From assembly GCA_018653085.1 (NCBI GenBank), contig JABIAY010000042.1, positions 11,401-75,400 of the forward strand: DNA of 64,000 bases. Direction: 5' to 3'. Each line of letters opens with the position of its first letter. The stretch's first letter is position 1. Positions 19,960 to 28,946 of the stretch are shown piece after piece. The position numbers were made by a program, and so were the translations under genes. The notes beneath the pieces were generated by a model. That model worked only from the letters and a program-made list of their open reading frames with translations, had not been told where the DNA came from and searched no databases. The stretch is from Nitrospina sp. GTDB lineage: Bacteria > Nitrospinota > Nitrospinia > Nitrospinales > VA-1.

Positions 19960-21701
19960 GCTCGATCAAGAATAAAAACACGTTCTTTGCTTGACGGAAC
20001 GTCTAAATAACGCAGCGTCTTTTTTGCTATTTGTCGAAATACCGGTGCGGCTACAACACTTCCCCAATGCAACCCCTTGGGATTGTCGATCATTACCAAA
20101 ATCACAAGACGCGGAGAATCTGCCGGAGCAAAACCAATAAAAGAGGAAATGAATTCTGTCTTGGAGTAGGACTTGGTCTCCATGTTGTATTTCTGCGCTG
20201 TTCCGGTTTTTCCTGCCACGTCAAATCCTTCAATTGCCGCTTTTTTCCCGGTACCGGTTTTCACTACTGACTTAAGAACCTCGACCAGTTGGCGGCTGGT
20301 TTTTTCGGAAATGACCCGCCGGATTTTTTTAGGCTTGAATTGTTCCATTACCTCGCCGTTTTTAATCAATGCGCGGGTGATATGAGGCGCCATAAGGTTT
20401 CCGCCGTTAGCAATTGCCGACAAGGCACTGACCATTTGTATAGGAGTGACAGCGATCTCGTGCCCAAAAGAAATGGAAGCGAGAGACATAGCGTCCCAGT
20501 TTTCCTGGCTCTTGAGTTGCCCTGCAGATTCACCGGGTAAGGACAAACCAGACTTTTCACCGAATCCAAATTTTCGGATGTAGTCATAAAAAGGTTTTTT
20601 ACCAACCTGTTGGGCAATTTTGATTGCGCCGATATTGCTGGACTTGGCAATGATGTCACGCATGGTCAGCCAGCCGAACTTGTGATCGGAAGCCTCCCCG
20701 ATTTGGACTTTTCCGATTTTCATTTTCCCGTTCTCACAAAAGAAAATATCCTGCGGTCGTGCCAACCCTTTATCCAGGGCCGCGGCGGCAACAATGGGCT
20801 TGAAAATCGATCCAGGCTCGTAAGAGCTGGCGATAATATTGTTTTTCCAGACCTGGGAGGGGAACGCCCCGTAATGGTTTGGGTTGAACTGGGGAACATT
20901 GGCCATCGCATAAATTTCCCCTGTGTGAGGATTCATGACCACGGCCATCCCCGAGTCCGCTTTAAAACGCTCGACCTGTTTCTTTAAGTGGTATTCAGTG
21001 GTGAACTGAATAACCTCATCCAAGGTGAGAACCAGGTCATAACTTCTGGGCCTGGAGTTATGTAATCCTTCGAGAGACTGAATATTTCTTCCACGCGCAT
21101 CACGTTCCGTAACCTGTCTGACGGTAATGCCCTTGAGCTTGGACTGGTAGGCATGCTCAATGCCGGCAAGACCTTGATTGTCCATGCCGACAAACCCGAG
21201 AGCACTTGCCGCAAGCTCCCGCTTAGGATAAAACCTTTTTTGCTCGGATACATACCCCACGCCTGACAGTCCCGCTTGTTTCAGCCGGGCAATTTCATTG
21301 AGAGGACATTTTCGCTTGATCCATACAAAATGTTTTTTAGATGAAATCTTTTTGTATACCTGATCCTGATTCAGTTTCAGCGTTTCCGAGAGAATGCGGG
21401 CGGCGGATTTTCGGTCCATTATTTCCGCAGGGTTTACATAAACCGATTCCACTTCGACATTGCGCGCGAGTTCGTTCAAGTTGCGGTCATAGATTACCCC
21501 GCGTCCGAAATGTGTCTTAACCGTACTCAGGTACTGTTTTTCGGATTGCGCTACAAGAGTGTCATGCTGAACGATCTGCAGAAAAGCGAGTCGGGCGATC
21601 AGGGCCACTCCAAACAGGAAGAGCAAAAACGAGATAATCTTCAGCCGGGTATTGATGCCGTCTCGAAACGTTCCCGTATTTTGTTTGTTTTGTTTTGCCA
21701 T
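19956..21701 (-). CDS. ftsI: Penicillin-binding protein 3 / FtsI transpeptidase
   Basis: N-terminal TM helix, SIFK (SxxK), SSN and KTGT transpeptidase motifs. Confidence 0.93.
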   Translation of the reverse strand: MAKQNKQNTGTFRDGINTRLKIISFLLFLFGVALIARLAFLQIVQHDTLVAQSEKQYLSTVKTHFGRGVIYDRNLNELARNVEVESVYVNPAEIMDRKSAARILSETLKLNQDQVYKKISSKKHFVWIKRKCPLNEIARLKQAGLSGVGYVSEQKRFYPKRELAASALGFVGMDNQGLAGIEHAYQSKLKGITVRQVTERDARGRNIQSLEGLHNSRPRSYDLVLTLDEVIQFTTEYHLKKQVERFKADSGMAVVMNPHTGEIYAMANVPQFNPNHYGAFPSQVWKNNIIASSYEPGSIFKPIVAAAALDKGLARPQDIFFCENGKMKIGKVQIGEASDHKFGWLTMRDIIAKSSNIGAIKIAQQVGKKPFYDYIRKFGFGEKSGLSLPGESAGQLKSQENWDAMSLASISFGHEIAVTPIQMVSALSAIANGGNLMAPHITRALIKNGEVMEQFKPKKIRRVISEKTSRQLVEVLKSVVKTGTGKKAAIEGFDVAGKTGTAQKYNMETKSYSKTEFISSFIGFAPADSPRLVILVMIDNPKGLHWGSVVAAPVFRQIAKKTLRYLDVPSSKERVFILDRA

Positions 21702-21706
21702 GACTG

Positions 21707-22024
21707 TTACTTAAGGAAAATGGTGGTCACTTTACCCGCATCGGGTTCTTTCATTCCCACCTCGTTTTTAGCGAGAAGGTAAATGCGATCCAGGGATCGC
21801 AGGCTTTCGCGCTCAAGGTTGAGCAGGTGGTTTTCTTTCAACAGCTCTCTATGCTCTTTGGCCATATCCTGATATTCATAGGCCAGTTTGATTTTCTTGA
21901 CATTAGGCCAAACCAAAGCCAATGCCCCGAGCATGAACAGGATGGAGATCGAAATAACCATCCAGAAATCTTTATAGGAAACATGGAGCCAGCCTTGGAT
22001 AAGCTTGCGCGCTCCATCAAACAT
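21707..22024 (-). CDS. ftsL: Cell division protein FtsL
   Basis: 105-aa bitopic protein with a TM helix plus a leucine-rich coiled coil, between rsmH and ftsI. Confidence 0.8.
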   Translation of the reverse strand: MFDGARKLIQGWLHVSYKDFWMVISISILFMLGALALVWPNVKKIKLAYEYQDMAKEHRELLKENHLLNLERESLRSLDRIYLLAKNEVGMKEPDAGKVTTIFLK

Positions 22025-22955
22025 AAATTCTTTCCGCGACCCTCAATTTCGCGCTTACCGATCTCGGGTTTCGCTCTACCTCTTCTTCTGAAGGCACAAT
22101 GGGTTTGCGAGTCAAAATTTTTAAAGTCTGCTTTCTCCCACAAACACACATTGGTATTTTTGGGGGACAGGAACACCCCTTCTGCTCATCCCGGAAAAAC
22201 GTTTTCACAATCCTGTCTTCCAGAGAGTGAAACGAAATCACTGCCATGCGGGCGGTTGAACTGAGCAGGCCGATTGCATCCTGCAAAGCGAATTTCAATT
22301 GCTCCAGTTCATCATTGACAGCTATTCTCAGAGCCTGAAACGTTCTTGTCGCAGGATGGATCCGTGTATGACGGGGCGATATCACCGCCTTTGCTACGAT
22401 TCTGGAAAGCTGGCCGGTTGTGGTGATGGGACGCTCTGCCTGTTCTTTGCGAATTGCGCGGACGACTCGCTTTGCGTAACGCTCTTCGCCAAAATTTTTA
22501 ATAATGGCTACCAATTCCGCATCAGAAAGTTTTTCCAAAAGATCGGCGGCTGAAGTTTTCTGGGAGGAGTCCATCCGCATATCAAGCGGGCCATCATGTT
22601 GGATGCTGAAGCCGCGCCCGGGCGTGTCTAACTGAGGCGAAGAAACCCCCAGGTCCATCAACAGTCCAGTTACACGGCTGATTCCATTTTGATCCGCAAG
22701 GCTTTTAAGGTCTCCCAGGTTGCCATGGGCCAGAGTCACCCTGTCTTGAAAAGGGGACAACCTTTCCCTGGCGCGCTCTATAGCGGAGCGATCCCGGTCG
22801 ATTGCAAAAACCCGGATTTCGGGTGCGGTGTTTTTAAGGATGAATTCCGTATGGCCTCCATCCCCGAGTGTGCCATCCACGATTACACCCTCCATGTGAA
22901 CATTCAGGTAATGAAGCACTTCGTTTTTCATTACCGATTCGTGGTACGCTGGCAT
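22017..22955 (-). CDS. rsmH: 16S rRNA (cytosine1402-N4)-methyltransferase RsmH (MraW)
   Basis: YHESVMKNEVL...DGTLGDGGH...DLGVSSPQLD...SFHSLEDRIVK. Confidence 0.96.
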   Translation of the reverse strand: MPAYHESVMKNEVLHYLNVHMEGVIVDGTLGDGGHTEFILKNTAPEIRVFAIDRDRSAIERARERLSPFQDRVTLAHGNLGDLKSLADQNGISRVTGLLMDLGVSSPQLDTPGRGFSIQHDGPLDMRMDSSQKTSAADLLEKLSDAELVAIIKNFGEERYAKRVVRAIRKEQAERPITTTGQLSRIVAKAVISPRHTRIHPATRTFQALRIAVNDELEQLKFALQDAIGLLSSTARMAVISFHSLEDRIVKTFFRDEQKGCSCPPKIPMCVCGRKQTLKILTRKPIVPSEEEVERNPRSVSAKLRVAERIYV

Positions 22956-23007
22956 GATATTTTTGGCTACTCCATAGGTGGCTTATGTCGATGGAATGTT
23001 CTTACCT

Positions 23008-23397
23008 TTACGCTTCCCCCTGCTCGGACCATTGCTCTGGGGACCAGACCTCAAAGGTTTTAGACATCCCAACCAGAATGGCTTCTTTATTCAACCCCGC
23101 AACTTCTCTTTGGTTGGCAGGGAGTAATATTTTTCCAGATTTCATTTCGCACTCCGTGGCTCTGGAATAAAACTCACGCAGTCGGTTTCGGTCGGTTTTA
23201 TCGAAAGCATTTAAGTCACTCAACTTTGTCTCGTTTTCAGACCATTCTTTCTGGGGAAAGACGACCAGATAATGGTCCATGACACATACCACCAGTTGTG
23301 GGCCAAACTGTTCCAATGCATGGCGAAACTTCGCCGGCACATTGAAACGGCCTTTGTCGTCCAGGCTGATGTTGTAGGTACCTAAAAAACTGTTCAT
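23008..23397 (-). CDS. mraZ: Transcriptional regulator MraZ
   Basis: The first DxxxR SpoVT/AbrB-like motif is LDDKGRFNVPAKFR; the second repeat has KSGKILLPANQR at the equivalent position. First gene of the dcw cluster. Confidence 0.93.
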   Translation of the reverse strand: MNSFLGTYNISLDDKGRFNVPAKFRHALEQFGPQLVVCVMDHYLVVFPQKEWSENETKLSDLNAFDKTDRNRLREFYSRATECEMKSGKILLPANQREVAGLNKEAILVGMSKTFEVWSPEQWSEQGEA

Positions 23398-23428
23398 TAA
23401 CTGAATTCACCCGATTTGCATGACTCTG

Positions 23429-23462
23429 ACAGAAAGTTACATTTTGAGACACTTTCGTACAC
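23429..23462 (-). promoter_or_regulatory. Four 10-bp-phased direct repeats (NTGT preceded by an A/T run) in the mraZ leader; candidate MraZ operator
   Basis: On the minus strand: GTGT-N6-GTGT-N6-ATGT-N6-CTGT. The plus strand shows ACAG/ACAT/ACAC/ACAC at 23429, 23439, 23449 and 23459. The array lies immediately downstream of the candidate -10. Confidence 0.45.
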
Positions 23463-23463
23463 A

Positions 23464-23492
23464 ATCCTAACATAACCCGACAAACTGTCAAC
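23464..23492 (-). promoter_or_regulatory. Candidate sigma70-type promoter of the dcw cluster (Pmra)
   Basis: Minus strand: TTGACA (23492-23487), 17-nt spacer, TAGGAT (23469-23464). Confidence 0.5.
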
Positions 23493-23799
23493 AGAAAAGG
23501 AGGAAAAATTACTGAAAATCTGTGTCGGGGAAAAAGGGCTAACTTTTTATGTAAACAGGGGTTGGTCGGTTCCGGCTAGGGGGAAAATGCAGTTTTTTTG
23601 TAGCCAAGGCCAAAACCAGGTCGTGACACCGCTATTATCGGAACCGGCTACAGGGGTTATTTTAATGCGGAATACAATGAAGACGGGAAGCCAGGCTGGA
23701 AAAAGCGGCTGTTGGAGTTGGTACCATATATACACGATTCCTGTCTCATGAATTTGAGGGCTCGAATTATTTATCTCTTTCCTTTTCAATGGATTTGCT

Positions 23800-23829
23800 T
23801 TGACAAGGCCAAATTCTGGGTGCTACTAT
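23800..23829 (+). promoter_or_regulatory. Candidate sigma70-type promoter of the ccm cluster
   Basis: TTGACA (23800-23805), 18-nt spacer, TACTAT (23824-23829). About 55 nt upstream of the ccmE ATG. Confidence 0.5.
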
Positions 23830-23884
23830 GAAAAAAGACTCAAAAAGGTAATAAAATTTTTTAGCCAGAGGGTGTGGGCCGGTT

Positions 23885-24376
23885 ATGAATCAGAAAAAAG
23901 TAAAATTTTTGGTGGGTAGTCTGCTAATTGTGGGAGCCATCGGTTATTTGATAACCATGGGGATCAGCAATACTTCGCAGTATTTTTTCACTGTGGATGA
24001 ATTGATGAGCCAGAAGGTCTCTTTTGCTGGTACGGGAATGAAGGTGAAAGGGAATGTGGTGAATGGTTCTATTCAACGGGATCCCAATGATTATTTAAAT
24101 GTGAACTTTTCGATCGAGGAGAAGAATGCCTCGTTACAGGTATCTTATCAAGGGGTGACGCCGGATATGTTTATAGATGGCGGTGAGGTTGTGGTTGAGG
24201 GGACTTTGGGAAAAGACGGAGTTTTTCACGCCAACACTTTATTGACCAGTTGCCCATCAAAATATGAAGCTGAAAAAGAGGCTGGAAAGATGCACCCGGG
24301 AAAATTTCCTGAAGCTGATAAGTACCAGGAGCCGGGCCTCAATAAAGCGGAAGCCTTGCCGAAAACAACGATCTAG
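23885..24376 (+). CDS. ccmE: Cytochrome c maturation heme chaperone CcmE, CxxxY variant
   Basis: N-terminal TM anchor plus OB-fold region (VKGNVVNGSIQRD...VSYQGVTPDMF...VVVEG). The heme-binding position reads LLTSCPSKY where E. coli has LAKHDENY. Confidence 0.9.
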   Translation: MNQKKVKFLVGSLLIVGAIGYLITMGISNTSQYFFTVDELMSQKVSFAGTGMKVKGNVVNGSIQRDPNDYLNVNFSIEEKNASLQVSYQGVTPDMFIDGGEVVVEGTLGKDGVFHANTLLTSCPSKYEAEKEAGKMHPGKFPEADKYQEPGLNKAEALPKTTI

Positions 24377-24444
24377 ACCTTCCCTGTAAAAATCAAGCAA
24401 CCCAGCCATCCCGCGTTAGAACGGGGGCGTTTGTATAGAGACCC

Positions 24445-26460
24445 ATGAACGATATTGGTGAGTTTACATTACTATTGGCCTTGGCAACGGCCCTCTATGG
24501 TTGTGTTGCCTATGTTATGTCAGCCCGTGGAAACCGCATCGACCTTTATCTTAGTGCGGACAAAACTCCATTTATTGTATGGGTGTGCGTTACCATTTCT
24601 TCCATATGTTTGTGGAGGGCTTTTCTTACCGATGACTTCAGTCTGCAATATGTCTGGGCCTATTCCAACATTGAGCTCGACACGTTTTACAAAGTTTCCT
24701 CGTTTTGGGGCGGACAAAAAGGTTCCCTTCTTTTCTGGGCCCTGCTTCTCAGCACATACATGCTCGTGGTTTGTTTCCAGAACCGGAAAAAAAATCTTCG
24801 GGTGGTTCCCTATGCGATGGCGGTCATGCTTGCTATCCTTATTTTCTTTCTTTTCCTGATTAATTTTTCTACCAATCCCTTTGAGCGCATCCCCCTGCCT
24901 CCCGAAGACGGGCGGGGTTTGAATCCGCTCCTGCAAAACTACTGGATGGTGATTCACCCGCCAACATTGTATTTGGGATATGTGGGTTTTACGGTTCCCT
25001 TTGCGTTTGCGGTGGCGGCCCTGATCAGTAAGGATTTAGATGACGGCTGGATTCGCATGACCCGAAAGTGGACTTTGATTTCCTGGTTTTTTCTTTGCAT
25101 GGGCAATTTGTTTGGAGCTTCCTGGGCTTACGTGGAACTGGGCTGGGGCGGGTACTGGGCCTGGGACCCTGTTGAGAACGCCGCGTTCATGCCTTTGCTG
25201 ATTGCCACCGCTTATTTGCATTCGGTGATGATTCAGGAAAAAAAGGACATGATGAAAGTCTGGAACATGAGCCTGATTCTTCTGACTTTCGTGATGACTC
25301 TTTTTGGGACGTTCATCACCCGGAGCGGCCTCATCCAATCGGTTCATACCTTTGATGAAGCAACATTGGGATATTATTTTCTGGCATTTCTGTTCGTGAT
25401 TATTGCCGCTTGTATTGGATTGATTCTTGTGCGGCTCCCTCTGTTAAAGAGCGCGAACGAGTTGGATTCTTTTTTGTCCCGCGAGAGCAGTTTTTTGTTT
25501 AACAATCTGGTTTTGTTGGGAATTGCTTTTGCAACTTTCTGGGGAACGATTTTTCCGATTATTTCAGAAGCCGTACGAGGTGTGAAGATTACGGTTGGGC
25601 CGCCATTCTATAATCAGGTCAACGTGCCCATTGGGCTTGCGCTTTTGGCGCTTATTGGCATTGGTCCTGTGATCGCCTGGCGCCGGGCCACATTTTCAAA
25701 CCTGAAAAAGAACTTTTTAAAACCTGTCCTCGCTGGCATTATTGCGGCAGTGGCGTTGTTCCCGGTTATTCCGTTGGGAAGCAGAACCGAGATTTATACT
25801 TATGTTACGTTTGTGCTTTGTGTTTTTGTGTTGACCAGTATCTTAACTGAATTTTACAAGGGAATGGTTTCGAGAATGGGTTTGCATGATGAGTCTGCTG
25901 TTGGGGCGTTGGCAACCGTGACCTGGCGCAACAAGAGGCGTTATGGCGGTTACATTGTTCATATTGGCGTGGTGTTGATTTTTGCTGGCATTGCCGGATC
26001 GCAGGCTTATGGAACTCATACGGAAAAACATCTGAAAATAGGCGAATCCTTTGAGATAAGGGGATACACTATTACCTATGAAAAACTGGTCGCGGTGGAA
26101 GCCACGAACATCAAAACCCGAATCATTGCCCAGCTTGCGGTAGAGCGTGACGGCAAACGATATTGGACGGGCCATCCTGAAAAAGAGTTTTATAAAGGGC
26201 AGAACCAACCGGTCTCGGAAGTGGATGTTCTGTCAACCTGGAAAGAGGATTTGTATATGATCCTCGCGGATTTTCGGGAAGACGAGTCGGCAACGATAAA
26301 GGTGTATGTGAACCCGATGGTCAGTTGGATGTGGACAGGTGGGTGGATCATTGCTTTTGGATCGATGGTTTCCATGTGGCCGGATCGGCTGGAGCAACGC
26401 CGCCGTCTGGATAGAATCCGTAAGCAGGAACAGTTGTTTCCTTCCCCGGCACAGGAGTAA
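24445..26460 (+). CDS. ccmF: Cytochrome c heme lyase subunit CcmF
   Basis: Polytopic membrane protein, 671 aa, with WWD motif WGGYWAWDPVEN. Confidence 0.95.
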   Translation: MNDIGEFTLLLALATALYGCVAYVMSARGNRIDLYLSADKTPFIVWVCVTISSICLWRAFLTDDFSLQYVWAYSNIELDTFYKVSSFWGGQKGSLLFWALLLSTYMLVVCFQNRKKNLRVVPYAMAVMLAILIFFLFLINFSTNPFERIPLPPEDGRGLNPLLQNYWMVIHPPTLYLGYVGFTVPFAFAVAALISKDLDDGWIRMTRKWTLISWFFLCMGNLFGASWAYVELGWGGYWAWDPVENAAFMPLLIATAYLHSVMIQEKKDMMKVWNMSLILLTFVMTLFGTFITRSGLIQSVHTFDEATLGYYFLAFLFVIIAACIGLILVRLPLLKSANELDSFLSRESSFLFNNLVLLGIAFATFWGTIFPIISEAVRGVKITVGPPFYNQVNVPIGLALLALIGIGPVIAWRRATFSNLKKNFLKPVLAGIIAAVALFPVIPLGSRTEIYTYVTFVLCVFVLTSILTEFYKGMVSRMGLHDESAVGALATVTWRNKRRYGGYIVHIGVVLIFAGIAGSQAYGTHTEKHLKIGESFEIRGYTITYEKLVAVEATNIKTRIIAQLAVERDGKRYWTGHPEKEFYKGQNQPVSEVDVLSTWKEDLYMILADFREDESATIKVYVNPMVSWMWTGGWIIAFGSMVSMWPDRLEQRRRLDRIRKQEQLFPSPAQE

Positions 26461-26464
26461 CCGG

Positions 26465-26941
26465 ATGCAGACTTCAAAAGTATTAATGGGGTTGTTTGTA
26501 TTGGTTTGGATTTCGATGGGCCAGGTGTCTGTTGTCAGTGCCGGGGCTGTTTTGCAGGACCTCGAAAACGCGTTGATGTGCAAATGTGATGACAAGTGTG
26601 GAAAAGTTCTTATAAACTGCACCTGTGCCACTTCTGATAAAACCCGTGCCAAATTTTCAAAAATGCTGGACTCAGGTCTCACCATAGAGCAAATCATAAA
26701 AATGCAGGTGGATGAATATGGAGAAACCGTGTTGTCCGCTCCTACCAAATTCGGATTCAACCTGACGGCATGGGTGACCCCGTTTGTAGCCTTAATTGCA
26801 GGGGGTTTTGGGGTTCGTAAAGTTCTACTCGCCTGGGTGGGGAAAAAAGACGGTGGCGAGTCCATAGAAGTTTCTGAGCCTGAAATTTCTGAAAAATATT
26901 CCAAACGATTAAAAGATGAACTAGATGGGATCGAGTTATAA
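26465..26941 (+). CDS. ccmH: CcmH/CycL-like protein with a non-canonical Cys motif
   Basis: Signal peptide, then LENALMCKCDDKCGKVLINCTCATSD...IIKMQVDEYGETVLSAP plus a C-terminal TM helix. The layout matches CcmH (LRCxxC...YG..VL..P), but CxC pairs replace CxxC. Start set at ATG 26465, directly after the ccmF stop. Confidence 0.6.
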   Translation: MQTSKVLMGLFVLVWISMGQVSVVSAGAVLQDLENALMCKCDDKCGKVLINCTCATSDKTRAKFSKMLDSGLTIEQIIKMQVDEYGETVLSAPTKFGFNLTAWVTPFVALIAGGFGVRKVLLAWVGKKDGGESIEVSEPEISEKYSKRLKDELDGIEL

Positions 26942-26943
26942 GA

Positions 26944-27273
26944 ATGGGATTCATTCACTTCTTAGAATTGATTCTGATCACTGCGATCCTGCTGGTAGTG
27001 GGAATTCCGCTTTTTGGTAAATTAAAACTCAAAAAGCTGGTGGAAGCGGTGGACCCGATCAGTGATAAGTACGGCCATCTCTTGGTGCGTAAAGAGGAAA
27101 CGCTGATCTCCATTAAGGAGCTGGAATTCGATTTCAGCACGGACAAAATCTCCGGGCCCGATTACAAGGAGCTTCGCCACAGGCTGGAATCCGAGGCGGC
27201 GGAAATCATGGAGAGTCTGGACCAGTTGGAGAAGGAACGCAGGAAAAAAACAAACCCCGTGAAGTCCCATTGA
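26944..27273 (+). CDS. Hypothetical membrane-anchored coiled-coil protein inside the ccm cluster
   Basis: One N-terminal TM helix (FLELILITAILLVVGIPLF) followed by a charged helical region. 2 nt after ccmH-like. Confidence 0.55.
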   Translation: MGFIHFLELILITAILLVVGIPLFGKLKLKKLVEAVDPISDKYGHLLVRKEETLISIKELEFDFSTDKISGPDYKELRHRLESEAAEIMESLDQLEKERRKKTNPVKSH

Positions 27274-27315
27274 ACCTGGCACGATTGCTCTGCAGGTTTT
27301 TGGACCCAATTGAGA

Positions 27316-28077
27316 ATGGTAGACCACCCCAAACCCAACTCCAGCGATTCCGCTATTGAAGTTCGCCATCTGCGTAAAGAGTTCGGCGTCCTGAAAGCGG
27401 TAGATGGCATCAGCTTTGAATTGAAGCGCGGAGAATTTTTATCGGTGTTCGGTCCAAACGGAGCAGGCAAGACCACCCTGATCAAAATTCTTACTGGACT
27501 GACCCGGCCTTCATCGGGAACGGCCAGGGTTGCCGGCTATGAAGTGGAAGAGGGGCGATCCGAAATGCGGCGCGAGATAGGGGTCATTTCTCATTCGACC
27601 GCTCTTTATGCGGATTTAACGCCGATGGAAAACCTGATTTTTTTCGGCAAGATGTATGGATTGGAACGTCCCGCTGAGTCAGCTTTAGCGAGCCTTGAAG
27701 ATGTGGGGCTGGCACCACGCAGGCATGACCGGGTGAGAACCTTTTCCCGGGGAATGGTTCAGAGGCTGTCTATCGCCCGGGCTATTCTGCACGATCCGTC
27801 CATATTATTTCTGGACGAGCCGTTCACTGGCCTGGACATCCACGCTTCCAACGTGCTCAAGGAACAGCTACAAAATTTACATAACAAAAAGAGAACCATA
27901 TTGATGACCACCCATGATGTTTCTTGTGGGCTGGAAATGTGCGACAAGGTGGCCTTGCAGGTGATGGGTCGGTTTGCTTTTTTTACAGACATCAAAGAGG
28001 TTAACAAGGAAAACTTTGAGACGATGTATTTTGATGCGGTTCGCGATAACCAGTTCACCATGGGAATAAGAGCTTAG
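27316..28077 (+). CDS. ccmA: Heme exporter ATP-binding protein CcmA
   Basis: Walker A GPNGAGKTT, signature FSRGMVQRL, Walker B LFLDEP. Precedes ccmB. ATG 27316 is preferred over TTG 27310. Confidence 0.85.
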   Translation: MVDHPKPNSSDSAIEVRHLRKEFGVLKAVDGISFELKRGEFLSVFGPNGAGKTTLIKILTGLTRPSSGTARVAGYEVEEGRSEMRREIGVISHSTALYADLTPMENLIFFGKMYGLERPAESALASLEDVGLAPRRHDRVRTFSRGMVQRLSIARAILHDPSILFLDEPFTGLDIHASNVLKEQLQNLHNKKRTILMTTHDVSCGLEMCDKVALQVMGRFAFFTDIKEVNKENFETMYFDAVRDNQFTMGIRA

Positions 28078-28117
28078 GAAGAATATTAAGGTTGCCGACG
28101 GCTCGCCAACTGAATTT

Positions 28118-28798
28118 ATGAATCTTTTTTTGAATCAAATTTTGGCGATTGTTTGGAAGGATTTCGTGACGGAGCTCAAGACACGGGAGCTTTTCAGCGC
28201 GATGTTTATCTTCGCATTGCTGGTGATTCTGATATTTATTTTTTCCGTGAACCTGAGTGTCGTCAAGGCCAGTGAAGTGGGTCCTGGCGTTTTGTGGGTA
28301 GCATTTTTATTTTCCGGAACCATAGGCCTGAATCGGTCATTCATGCTCGAACAGGAAAATGGATGCCTCATGGGGTTGATGCTGGTGCCTGCAGACCGAA
28401 CGGCTATTTACTTCGGGAAACTGATCAGCAACTTCATTTTTTTATCCATTATGGAATTGTTCATTCTGCCGTTGTTCATGATTTTTTTTAATATCGATAT
28501 TTTGGAGCACTTGCTCCCGCTTTTAATTGTGATATTTCTGGGGACCCTGGGCTTTTGTGCACTGGGAACCCTGCTGTCTTCATTGGCATCAAACCTCAAA
28601 ACTCGGGAAATCATGTTGCCCATTTTGCTCTATCCCCTGCTGATACCCATTATCATCGCAGTGGTTCGAATGACCGGGCAGATTCTGAATGGGGAACCCT
28701 TGTCAGAAATGATGAACTGGATTGGTTTGACGGCTTCCTTCGATATCATTTATATTGGTGTCTCCATTATGACGATCGACCATATTCTGGAGGAGTGA
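28118..28798 (+). CDS. ccmB: Heme exporter membrane protein CcmB
   Basis: Six-TM protein of CcmB length (226 aa) directly after ccmA. Confidence 0.85.
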   Translation: MNLFLNQILAIVWKDFVTELKTRELFSAMFIFALLVILIFIFSVNLSVVKASEVGPGVLWVAFLFSGTIGLNRSFMLEQENGCLMGLMLVPADRTAIYFGKLISNFIFLSIMELFILPLFMIFFNIDILEHLLPLLIVIFLGTLGFCALGTLLSSLASNLKTREIMLPILLYPLLIPIIIAVVRMTGQILNGEPLSEMMNWIGLTASFDIIYIGVSIMTIDHILEE

Positions 28799-28802
28799 CG
28801 GA

Positions 28803-28946
28803 ATGGATAACCTGGGGTTTTTGTTTGCGGCCAATGTGGTTGTATGGGGCGGCATTATTTATTATGTGTACACAATCAGGCAACGCAACCGTGCTCTTGA
28901 AAAAGACCTGGAACTGCTGAAAGAAACCCTGAACAGAAAAGGATGA
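28803..28946 (+). CDS. ccmD: Heme exporter protein CcmD (47 aa; absent from the ORF track)
   Basis: Hand translation gives MDNLGFLFAANVVVWGGIIYYVYTIRQRNRALEKDLELLKETLNRKG. It is a single TM helix plus a basic tail, typical of CcmD. Its TGA overlaps the ccmC ATG (ATGA). Confidence 0.7.
   Translation: MDNLGFLFAANVVVWGGIIYYVYTIRQRNRALEKDLELLKETLNRKG

Noticed and set aside
23547-23789. 80-aa ORF in the mraZ-ccmE divergent intergenic region
   Set aside because: It has no RBS and an odd Trp/Phe/Pro-rich composition, and it sits over the two divergent promoter regions. It is probably non-coding.
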